A stretch of DNA of 64,000 bases. Origin: Epithemia pelagica. Taxonomy: Eukaryota > Protista > Bacillariophyta. The stretch is from contig OX337229.1 in assembly GCA_946965045.2 (NCBI GenBank), positions 992,001 to 1,056,000 of the forward strand, written 5' to 3'. Below are positions 54,404 to 64,000 of the stretch, one piece after another (the stretch's first letter is position 1; every line of letters begins with the position of its first letter). Both the position numbers and the translations under genes were made by a program. The notes beneath the pieces were generated by a model. It was not told the origin of the DNA and did not search any database. It was given only the letters and a program-made list of their open reading frames with translations.

Positions 54404-56786
54404 ATGGCGATCATGTCGAACAAGTCTTCACGTCATGCAACGACGGCCGTGGCCTTGTCATTTCTCGTTTTGACCGTTGATGCTTTTGTGATTCAACAAG
54501 GACGACAGGGAAGCAGTTCCACTTTTCTTTCCCGAACGACGGAAGAATCGTCCTTGACCCATCCACACAAGACCTTTCGCCTACATGCTTCATGGGCACC
54601 GCCCAGCAGTCCCGTGGCAGTGAATGGTGCATCCACGGCTGCTGCTCCAGTGAATGGCAACCACAGTCCATCCTCAACGATTCCACAACGTTGGCGCAAA
54701 TCGACCAAGCAAGTAGCAACCTTGGGACCTGCCTCGTCCACAGTGGAAATGATTGAACAATTGTTCTTGGCGGGTGCCGACATGTTTCGTCTCAATTTCT
54801 CTCATGGCTCGCAAGAACAAAAGCTCGAACTGCTCCAACTCATTCGACAGGTCGAAGCCAAACACCGCCATCCCATTGCCATCCTAGGAGATTTGCAAGG
54901 ACCGAAATTGCGGGTAGGTACAGATTCATGGTTGAGTTTTCTTTGATATGTGGAGTAACTTGAGATGGTCATTCCAGAATAATGTAGTTGGGGGACGCAC
55001 TTGCCCAGTTTGTCGACATTGTGATCTTGACTGCCAAAACCCGAAACCAAACTCACATGTATTGTCGTATGCTTGATCTCTCGACTTTCCTGTGCATAAA
55101 ATGATTCCCACACAATGTGGTCTCCAGGTTGGTGAATTTGCCAACCCTGATGGTGAAATATTGGAGGCAGGCCAAACATTTCGCCTAGATCTTGATCCGA
55201 CACCTGGTAATCGCCAACGCGTCCAGCTGCCACATCCTGAGATCATCCAAGCGTCCGAAGTTGGACACTCTCTTTTGGTCGATGATGGAAAGGTCAAACT
55301 AGTGGTTAGTGGCAAGGGACAAGGGTTCTTGGATTGCGTGGTCACCGTGGCTGGTCGAATCAAGGATCGCAAGGGTGTCAATACACCCGACTCGGTGCTC
55401 GAAATCAGCCCCCTCACACCCAAGGACCGTTCCGATTTGGAATACCAAATGAAAATCGGATGCGACTGGATTGCCTTGTCCTTTGTACAAACACCCGAGG
55501 ATATTGATGAAATTCGAACCCTCATGGATCAGCACCATCGTGCATCGGGGTCCACCACCATTCAACCCGCTCTCATGGCCAAGATTGAAAAGCCCTCCTG
55601 TTTCGAAGGAGATAACTTGCAACGAATTGTGCAAAAATGCGACGGAATTATGGTTGCTCGAGGTGATTTAGGTGTCGAATGTCCTCCTGAAGATGTCCCA
55701 TTGCTTCAAAAACAAATCATTGACGAGTGTCGTAAGCAGGGCAAACCTGTTGTGGTAGCCACACAAATGTTGGAATCCATGATTGACAATCCCACGCCAA
55801 CGCGAGCCGAAGCTTCTGATGTTTCTACTGCTATTTACGATGGAGCCGACGCCATTATGCTCAGTGCCGAATCGGCAGCAGGAAAATATCCTATTGAATC
55901 CGTTCTTATGCAACAACGTATCATCAATCGCGTGGAAAGTGACTCTCATTATCGCACCCTTTTGCACAGTCGCGACTTTTTCCCCAACAAAACACCTGCC
56001 GATGCTTTGATCACAGCCGCGCGGCAGATTGCCCAAACGATTGATGCCAAGGCCATTGTATCCTTTTCTTTGCGAGGAACCACGGTCTTGCGAGCATCCA
56101 AGACGCGACCTCCCGTACCAATCTTGGCCCTTTGTCCCCTAAAAGAAACAGCCAGACAATTGGCACTAGCATGGTGTGTAGTGATCCATCACGAAATTTG
56201 TTTTCAAGCTCAAACCGTTGATACTCATAAGTATTCTTTTCAATCTTAGGGGAGTTTACCCCGATCTTCCAGAAGAAGGTTCCTATGGATCACATCCTGA
56301 TGTGGCTTTCCCCACCACGACGCCTTCGGCCACTTATGGCACTGCCCCATCACCAGCAACACCTGCCGCCATGACAATGGAACAACTAGCACGGGAATGG
56401 GGGGCCCGCAACCAGGATCAAGACGACAGCACAGTGATGCAACCCGTTATGGCGAACGCAATGCCGCAACAGCCCGAAAATTCATCAGAAGACGATTTCG
56501 ATTTGGTGTTGAGAAACGCTTGCACTGCTGCCTTGCAAAAAGGACTCGCCACCGACCTTGAGGATCTCTTGGTGGTAACTGCTGGTCTCCCTTTTGGAAC
56601 GCCGGGTGCCGCCAATATGTAAGTGTTCACCGTCATGTTGCTTGGAATGTTGGCTTGTAGCGTCCAATACTTACATATCGGACCTTTTTACTTGTGATCA
56701 AATCTGTTTCCGTCTTTGTCCTTCTCAGTCTTCGTATCGTACCTGCTGCGGGACCAACGTGTTGGGACGGAATCTGTAATTTGTAA
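54404..56786 (+). CDS. pyk: Pyruvate kinase, plastid-targeted (4 exons)
   Basis: Exons 54404-54913, 55128-56173, 56250-56618 and 56729-56786 (1,983 nt). Motifs TKQVATLGPAS, RLNFSHG, DLQGPKLR, AKIEKP, MVARGDLGVE and ATQMLESM. Signal peptide ends VDA-FVI. Confidence 0.95.
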
Positions 56787-58255
56787 TGCGACAATCTGAT
56801 TCTAATTTACGGGATGATGTTATCCTAGCGCAGCGAGCATCCACTCAACACCATCATTTTTTCTTCCAGTTACATGTGGACAAGGTATTATGCTTGGTCA
56901 TTCTTCAAAGATTTGCACCACACGAACCCCATCACCAGCGAGATGAACGGCCGCCAAGTAATCCATACACGCACACTCACTGTCAACTGCATCTTGGTAC
57001 CTCGTCGAGTACTCAGGCACACCGTAGTATTTTCATCAGATAACCTCATCAATCAATAAAACCTTTATGGCACATTCATCTGGACTCTTGTCTCCATTCT
57101 TTCTATTCATGCGCGAAGAAACTCGGCTTACCATTGATGTAGGTTGCTCTAAAAGCATCCTGGCCAACATAACGGCCTCTGTCCAATAGACCATCACCTA
57201 CGCCAGAAGATTCTTTTGTGGATTTCCTCTCTCTAGCTTCTCGTTGTTTTGTATTTTGGATGACATCGTCATACCATCATGGCGTCAACGGCAGCAAGTC
57301 GAAGTCCCGTGGGTTCCCCGCTAGCTATAGTCATGATTGCCGTCTCATAGCTTTCAGGATAATCCCTAGCGTCCGTAATGGGTAATTATTTAAATCATTT
57401 TTAACGAAAAGGTCATGATTACCTCTGAGGATTGTTAGATGTCAAAGCGGCAAAAGAGACGAGGCGAGGCGAGTACTTGCTCTAACAACGCGGCAGTAAT
57501 AGACATTCAACCATGGATCCCCTTCCTGTTCCGGCACAGTTGGAAACACAACTTGGAAAATGCAAAAGTGTGAGAACGGCGGATTACTACAAGCCCCGAA
57601 CCAAGACCGATGAGGTAAGCACCCGCTGTGAATGAAATGGGAGAATTGCATTTGGCCCTTGCGCTCTCTGCGCTCTACGTTCCATGGTAATGTCGATAAG
57701 ACGAGGCAGCATTGGTTTGATGCGTTATAACTGACGTTTCTTTGCGCTTTTTTGTGTTTGTTTCACAGGAAATTGAAGCGTCCAAGGCCAAATTGCCGCC
57801 CCTTCCAAACAAGGCTCCCTAACTGGCGTGTACTGTAGTCCCTGTTTGGATGTGGAGTACTTGCACCCATGCGCATCCGTGGAGGCCTTTGATAGGTCAC
57901 GTCCAATGAAAGAGGTAAACACATGAGGTTACAGTTGATTGATGAGGCATATTCTATTTCTACCGAAAGAAAAAGTTTCCAAAAGTGTCGATAGTCAATG
58001 CCTGCTTTCCAGTTGCAGTGATAGACCAAGTAAAACTATAGTAAAACAATAATACAAGAGAAGAACTTTCGTCGACACGTATTGCAAATTTCTGAATAGG
58101 GAGAGATGGATGCAACCGCGTCTTGGCCGTTGTCGGCCGCGTTTAGATTGTCTGGTTGGTGCAAGCGTAAACAGTCGAGTGTCCATGCATCCCTCGTTCG
58201 TACAAGACGAAACGGCTCTCTCGTCCAGGTCCAAAAAGTGTCCATGCTTTTAACT

Positions 58256-60025
58256 TCACAATGACGATGATGACGACGCCGTCATGACCTTTCGTAATTG
58301 GGGTTCTACTTTGAGTAATTCTTGATACCGTTGAAACATGGCTTGATAGGTTTTCACAGCAATGGGATTGGGGACAAAGGAACGGCGTGTTGTTTCGGGA
58401 GTGGCGTCGTCCTCGTTTTGTTTGGACGTTTGGATGGATTCCAAAAAGGTGACCCAGTCGGGTGGAACAGTGCCGCTGGCATGGTCGGCCACAAAGCACA
58501 AATATCGATACTGTGCCATGACACAGGCACCCCACGAACATCCTTCCTCGGCTGCCAACATCATTAATGTGACGGGTAAATTAAAGACATCAGCGACAAT
58601 TTGTCCACAGGCGGAAGTTTTGGTCAATCCTCCCGATAAGACAATTTCTCGCATGGACGAGGATGTCCCGCTGCTGCCAGTGTTGTCGTTGTTGTCGTTG
58701 TTGTCGACCAATGCGTGTGAGACAAATTGTTGAAATCCAGCCTTGAGATTGAAAATTGTGGACAACAAGGCTGCCTTGGCGACATGTCCAGCCTTGGAGT
58801 TATGAGCATTCCATCCGAGAATCAAGGCACTACTGCCTCCCTGACCAATGCCCAAACCAGGTTCATCATCCATAAAGGGCAAGGCTAGCAAACCCCCACA
58901 ATCGTTGGGAGCCGCAATCAAGGCGGGCATGACACGATCAAAGGCCGTTTCTTTGGTGGTCGAGTCCTTGTCGTTGTTGTTGGTGCCATAGGATTCCACA
59001 ATGGTGTTCAAAAAGGTGGTTCCATTGCGCAACAATACCATATGAATGGGTTTGCCATTGGCGGCGGCAAAATGGTCAATGGCCGGAAGGACTGTCGAAG
59101 CCGTCGTGTCGGCCACAAAATTGGCCGCCACCGACGTGCCAAAACTACACGACATGGTTCCCACTTGTCCAATCAAACTTCCTGCCAAGGCGGCGACTTG
59201 ATCGCCTTCGGCCGAGGCCACTGGAATCGGAACCGTTGTCCCTCCTTCGTTTTGATTTGATAACAAGTGACTTTCCAATCCCAACACGGCTGCACCCGAT
59301 TCAGTTAAGAATCCAGCATCTTGTCCGGCACATTTAATGGTCGGCAACAAGTCTTTCAACGGTACAAACTTGTCGGTACCTTGTTCCTTTTCCACCAATT
59401 GTTGGTAGAGTTGTAATTTTTCGTCATCAAACGTTTGAGTCAGTGGATTGACCGGGAACATGCCAGCAGCATCGCCGACTCCCAACACCAATTGCCCCGT
59501 CAAGACCCAGGCCATCCACCCCGCCGGGGTCGTGATGGATCGCGTTTGTGCCGCCTTGGTTGGTTGATTCCGCAACGTCCACAAAAATCGTGCACATGTG
59601 GCACGAAGAGGAACCTTGAAGTGAAACAAGTCTGTCAATTCCTGGCCTTCGGCCGCATTCCGGGCATCGCACCACAATCGCACCGGTTCCAAGACGGTGT
59701 GGTGTTCATCCAACAAGACTTCTCCATGCATTTGACCACCAATTCCAATGGCCAAAATCTGCCACTGTTTGTCGCCAAGTTGATCTTTGACCTGACGCAT
59801 GGAGGTTTGGAGGGCTTGCAACCAATCACTGGTCACTTGTTCGTACCATCCCTGTTGCTGTTGATCCTCTTCACGGCTCGAATAGCCATACGAGGCTTCG
59901 CCCTTGGCCAAAAGCTTTAAATCGGTGGCATTGCAAAATAAGACAGACAATCCTTGAGTTCCAATGTCAATTCCCAGAAACCCAGAAACGACACTGGCAG
60001 TTGATGCCTCTTGCGACGACGCCAT
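58256..60025 (-). CDS. xylB: FGGY-family carbohydrate kinase, xylulokinase-like
   Basis: FLGIDIGTQG, IGIGGQMHG, LWCDARNAAE, EGDQVAALAG, SFGTS and LSGGLTKT..QIVADVFNLPV. Intronless; start MASS at 60025. Confidence 0.85.
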   Translation of the reverse strand: MASSQEASTASVVSGFLGIDIGTQGLSVLFCNATDLKLLAKGEASYGYSSREEDQQQQGWYEQVTSDWLQALQTSMRQVKDQLGDKQWQILAIGIGGQMHGEVLLDEHHTVLEPVRLWCDARNAAEGQELTDLFHFKVPLRATCARFLWTLRNQPTKAAQTRSITTPAGWMAWVLTGQLVLGVGDAAGMFPVNPLTQTFDDEKLQLYQQLVEKEQGTDKFVPLKDLLPTIKCAGQDAGFLTESGAAVLGLESHLLSNQNEGGTTVPIPVASAEGDQVAALAGSLIGQVGTMSCSFGTSVAANFVADTTASTVLPAIDHFAAANGKPIHMVLLRNGTTFLNTIVESYGTNNNDKDSTTKETAFDRVMPALIAAPNDCGGLLALPFMDDEPGLGIGQGGSSALILGWNAHNSKAGHVAKAALLSTIFNLKAGFQQFVSHALVDNNDNNDNTGSSGTSSSMREIVLSGGLTKTSACGQIVADVFNLPVTLMMLAAEEGCSWGACVMAQYRYLCFVADHASGTVPPDWVTFLESIQTSKQNEDDATPETTRRSFVPNPIAVKTYQAMFQRYQELLKVEPQLRKVMTASSSSSL

Positions 60026-60381
60026 GGTCTCAAAAAGATTTTTTTCTTGGATGGGCGAACTGTGGGGTAGCATTCCAGTCGCTGAAAGTGAATGACGCAA
60101 GCCAACAAATTTCCAGCGACCTATACATTTTTGGAGGGCCAAATCAATTAGCAAAAGTTACTTCAAGACATACCTTCAACCGCGAAGGAGTCTTAGGGAT
60201 GCCAACTCTCTTGCTGTGCTCGGTATGCAATCAGTTCTGGTGTCCAACAACTCAGAGTTGACGTCTTTGTCGTTGCTGCTTCAACGAGATTGGGTCAGAG
60301 TCGAAGCAACCAAACACAACACTGACTGAATGGTCTCATTGTGGTACTGCTAGCTACTAGAGGGATGAAGAAGGCAATGAA

Positions 60382-63132
60382 ATGAAGATCAACCAGCGAA
60401 CTGGTGTTGCCTGTCGTGGCAGAACATGGCACTGCAACAGGGTGTTTGTTGGGCTTTTCTTGTTCACGACCATTCTTCCATGGAGGAGTGTTTTGAGGAA
60501 CGACCAGCACTCCAGTTTTGTTCATGGATTTGGTATTGAGAGGAGATCAAGCTCCCACCAGCTTCGAATGGAAACGAGAGCTTTGTTAAGCGGTTTTGCA
60601 GGACGCTGCTTTGCTCCTACGAAAACCAAGCTGGCCGTATCGGCGGAATTCGCTCAAGAAAAGGACGACAGCCAAGATGACAAGGATTTGTATTTGTCCA
60701 TGTCCAAACAACAATCGCTCTTATCGTCATCGGCAACATCTCTCTCCTTTCCTTCGCCAGGTGGCGTAGTGGATGGCACTTTGGGTCTTTCTCGGTTTCA
60801 CCAATCCATCTTGTCTCGTACCAGTTCGATTCGACAATGCTTTGTCACGGGTCGATATCCCTTGACGGTCAGTTTTCGCGAATGCCCCACCCGCAAATGG
60901 TTGCGCTGGGAATCGTCCAATCAAGTCATGGTCAATGGAACCAGCATTGCCAAGTCCTTGGCCTCGTTGGATCGCTTTCAGTGGTTGGATCGGTCCGAAC
61001 GACGGGCCCTCGTGGAGGATTATGACATGATTCGGTTAGAGCTGGCGGCGGAAATTCACATGGACCGACCCGGCTATTTGCAAATTTTGTCGGCGGACAC
61101 GGCCGGTTCCACGGCTGCCTTGGTCCGACAACGCCGCGCCGAGGGACGATCGTCCTTGTTTCAATCACCATCCCACGACACGGCTGCTGCTGATGCTGCA
61201 GCATTGTCCTTTTCCAATGCCGCCTCCAATCCACAACTCACGCGACGACGATTCTTTGACATTGCCGATTGTCCCGTCTTGGACAATGATCGATTGTGGG
61301 TAACAGGGTTTTCCTTGGCGGCACGGAGTGGACACATTTGTTCCATGGAAGCCGATTCGGGAGAGATGGAATCGATCAATGCTCGAACCAAAGATTTGTT
61401 GTTGTGGCCCAACGAAGTGGCCTTGGTCCCCAATCCCATCTGGAAACACCCCCGTCCAGATGTGGTCGACCATGGAAATTCTGTCCCAGCTGTAACCACT
61501 CCTCCGAAACAAGCATCCCCCTCGCCACCGTTCATCATCCAACCACATTCGGCACATGAAGATGCCTTATTGGTTGCAGATGGCTTTTTGGTTCCGGGAA
61601 AAGATCGAGGAGGCTTGTATATTGTGCAACATCCTGGAAACCCGGACGCCGAGTGGACGGTACGACTGACATCTAGTGAAGACCGATGGTTTTATCACCG
61701 GGCTACCTGGATGGACTTGACGGGTGATGGACGGCTCTCCTTATTAACCGCCCGATGTCAAGTTTCGACCCGATTTCCTTCGGCTACCGCTTCGGTGAAC
61801 GATGACGACAGCACGGATCCCAAAAAGAAAAAGAGGAATACCCAAATTCTAGATGGTATTGCCAGCGGTATATCGAAAGAGGGTCAATTGGTCTGGCTGG
61901 AATGTCCCCAACCGCATCGTATTGATCCTGCAACTGGCACACCATTGGAAGCCGATGGAACTGTCTTTGATCCGTTTTCCTCCATTCATTTGCCGTGGAA
62001 GGAGCGAGTGCTGGCCACGGGACCGGACGTGATGTTTGCCGTGGCCGATTTGGATCCCACAGACGATACCATTGAAGTCCTCTGCAGTGAATTTTTTGCC
62101 AAACGTGTGTCACTCAAATCCATTCATATCCCTCGTCATGCAAACAAAGACAAGAAAAAGGCTGGACGCAAAAGCTTGCCCAAAGTTGTCTTTGAACGAA
62201 CGATTGATGAACGATGCGGTGCTGCCTTTGGTTGCATTTGGGCCGATTTAGATGTGGAAGACACACCACAGGGTCAAGCCTCTCCCATGGTTTTGGATTC
62301 GGGAAGTACCGTTCCCTGTCTCAAGCGGGGAGACGACTGCTCTCATTTGTTAGTCACAAGCCACGAGTGTACCTATGCCGAAACGACGGACCGTACCGCA
62401 TGGAACCAAATTTCTGAAACCGGAGAGGAAGAGCTCAATGGATCCGGTGGCCATGCGCAGAACGAAAAGGAGAACACTGTCGATGCAATCAGCAGTGCCC
62501 CGTCTAATGGTGAAGGAGCGTCATCAGTTTCCTCTGCAGAAGATGGAGGATCTCTTTTCGCCTATCGGATTCCTAAAGATACCCCATCTGCATGGAAGAC
62601 ACAGCCATGGATACGCTCTACAGTAGCAACTGGCTTTAAAGTCCAAGGACAACTGGGTAACATGATCAATCCTGGTGCCCCCGGATTTGTGTATACCTTT
62701 CACGCCAAAGAGGAGGTGGAAGCAAAAGGCAGGAGAACTCACCGTCCACGAAAACGGCCCTTGATTGCGGTTGCCGGGGATTGTGCGGAATCAGCTTATA
62801 TCTTCCGGCCGGAAAAGCACCAACAAGAAGACTCATGGAACGATATCGCTTCGGGGAGAACACAAAAAGATAGAGGATCATCCACTCAACAACAACCACA
62901 ACAAAAGCACATGGCCGACCGCGACATGTCAACGAACTACAAACTCATGGCGGAGATTCAATGTCAAGCGACGGTTGGATCGATTGGCATTGGATACGAC
63001 GATTTTCTCTCGTTGCCGACACAGGAAAGTGGATATGCGAAACTTTACATTCCGTGTTTTGAAAAGGATAAGATCCTTGTCTTTGCACTGGGAAGCGGCG
63101 AGGATGTGGATGACGAAGACAATGACTGGTAA
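60382..63132 (+). CDS. Secreted or organelle-targeted 916-aa protein with FG-GAP/VCBS-like beta-propeller motifs
   Basis: N-terminal hydrophobic segment (VFVGLFLFTTIL). Motifs YHRATWMDLTGDGRLSLLTAR, GPDVMFAVADLDPTDDTIEV, NPGAPG and IAVAGD..SAYIF. Confidence 0.65.
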   Translation: MKINQRTGVACRGRTWHCNRVFVGLFLFTTILPWRSVLRNDQHSSFVHGFGIERRSSSHQLRMETRALLSGFAGRCFAPTKTKLAVSAEFAQEKDDSQDDKDLYLSMSKQQSLLSSSATSLSFPSPGGVVDGTLGLSRFHQSILSRTSSIRQCFVTGRYPLTVSFRECPTRKWLRWESSNQVMVNGTSIAKSLASLDRFQWLDRSERRALVEDYDMIRLELAAEIHMDRPGYLQILSADTAGSTAALVRQRRAEGRSSLFQSPSHDTAAADAAALSFSNAASNPQLTRRRFFDIADCPVLDNDRLWVTGFSLAARSGHICSMEADSGEMESINARTKDLLLWPNEVALVPNPIWKHPRPDVVDHGNSVPAVTTPPKQASPSPPFIIQPHSAHEDALLVADGFLVPGKDRGGLYIVQHPGNPDAEWTVRLTSSEDRWFYHRATWMDLTGDGRLSLLTARCQVSTRFPSATASVNDDDSTDPKKKKRNTQILDGIASGISKEGQLVWLECPQPHRIDPATGTPLEADGTVFDPFSSIHLPWKERVLATGPDVMFAVADLDPTDDTIEVLCSEFFAKRVSLKSIHIPRHANKDKKKAGRKSLPKVVFERTIDERCGAAFGCIWADLDVEDTPQGQASPMVLDSGSTVPCLKRGDDCSHLLVTSHECTYAETTDRTAWNQISETGEEELNGSGGHAQNEKENTVDAISSAPSNGEGASSVSSAEDGGSLFAYRIPKDTPSAWKTQPWIRSTVATGFKVQGQLGNMINPGAPGFVYTFHAKEEVEAKGRRTHRPRKRPLIAVAGDCAESAYIFRPEKHQQEDSWNDIASGRTQKDRGSSTQQQPQQKHMADRDMSTNYKLMAEIQCQATVGSIGIGYDDFLSLPTQESGYAKLYIPCFEKDKILVFALGSGEDVDDEDNDW

Positions 63133-64000
63133 GACAAGAGATCATGCTTGAGCACAAATCTTCAGTTCAACATATACAACAAGAAAGCGCTCGTACAGCG
63201 ATTTTCGTTGTGAGCTCCAGTGGTTGAAGCTGCTCATGTATCGTCGCATCAATTTTTGCTCCTTCACGAAATGCTTCAGATGACAAAGATGATGCTTTAA
63301 GTTTTACATTGGGCAGCAGCCCTATAGATGGAGGAATGAGCAACGTTTGTTACCCTCGAAGACACTTGGGCAACAACACAAGCCCCAAGAACATGAAGAG
63401 AGAACCGAAAACCTGTTCGACACTTAACACGTCTGTCTACTTTCAGAGAGCCATTCTCCACTTTTCATCTCCCAGACTCCTATGAACCTTTTCCTCGGTC
63501 TGGTGGGTAGCGTCTTTCCTAAAGAGAAGGAGAAAAACATAGAAGCAGTTTCCCGGAACACTATGCGTTAAGAAAAGCCGCGCCGTACTACAGTTTCTCT
63601 ACAAAAAGATCATTTCCGCAGCATTGCGTATGGTTCAAACTGATATTCTTGCATAAATAGTACGTCTTTCGTTGTTTGGTTCTCTTTGAAGAAAGTAGAC
63701 ACCCTTTCCTCGGACAAGCTTTCCCACAAGACCTCAATCTGAGCACGAGAATGTTTTACCCTCTCCTCTAGGTAGGTACCACTCCTACTCCCATGATCTA
63801 TGATCTATGCGATGGACTCCGTTGGGGTTAGCAGTTACTCCGCTAGAACAACATGAACAAAAGATGAGAGCAGGGGGATTTGGGATTTGCGGTTTTACGA
63901 GAGCCGGCCGTCTATCCGACGGGCGGACATGCCCCACAATAGTTTTTTGTGTATGAATCTTTTGTGACGTATGATCAGACAAAGAAGAGTTCTATGAGCT

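Noticed and set aside
63170-63410. Possible small spliced minus-strand ORF
   Set aside because: Under 70 aa, depends on an unusually short putative intron, and has no motif.
1-64000. rRNA, tRNA or snoRNA genes
   Set aside because: None recognised by eye; tRNAscan-SE and Infernal/Rfam would be needed to exclude small RNAs in introns and intergenic regions.

Overview
Eukaryotic nuclear DNA, almost certainly from a pennate diatom. Evidence: short 70-215 bp GT-AG introns, bipartite plastid-targeting peptides with ASAF/VSAF/VDAF cleavage sites, and diatom-type HSF and TKL kinase genes. Most of the window is single-copy genes: degenerate Rab-like GTPase, thylakoid FKBP, TSR1, YbeY, TKL kinase, sarcosine oxidase-like flavoprotein, syntaxin-5, two HSFs, UTP21, Myb, plastid pyruvate kinase, xylulokinase-like FGGY kinase and several hypotheticals. 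Four things stand out. (1) An apparently intact 5,166-bp PIF/Harbinger-like DNA transposon (10898-16063) with 27-bp TIRs and a CTG target duplication, carrying four ORFs rather than the usual two, plus symmetric subterminal palindromes. (2) An 883-aa plastid-targeted protein (40115-42868) joining two protease-free I29-like propeptide repeats, a coiled coil, a Pro/Ala/Lys linker with repeated FSFFGS and RxGTLxLF motifs, and a C-terminal beta domain that resembles diatom pyrenoid-shell proteins. (3) A recently duplicated three-exon glycosyltransferase with a Tudor-like tail (two copies ~5.7 kb apart). (4) A 433-bp Tc1/mariner-type MITE with perfect 27-bp TIRs between those copies. All family assignments come from motifs read by eye; no database search was run.
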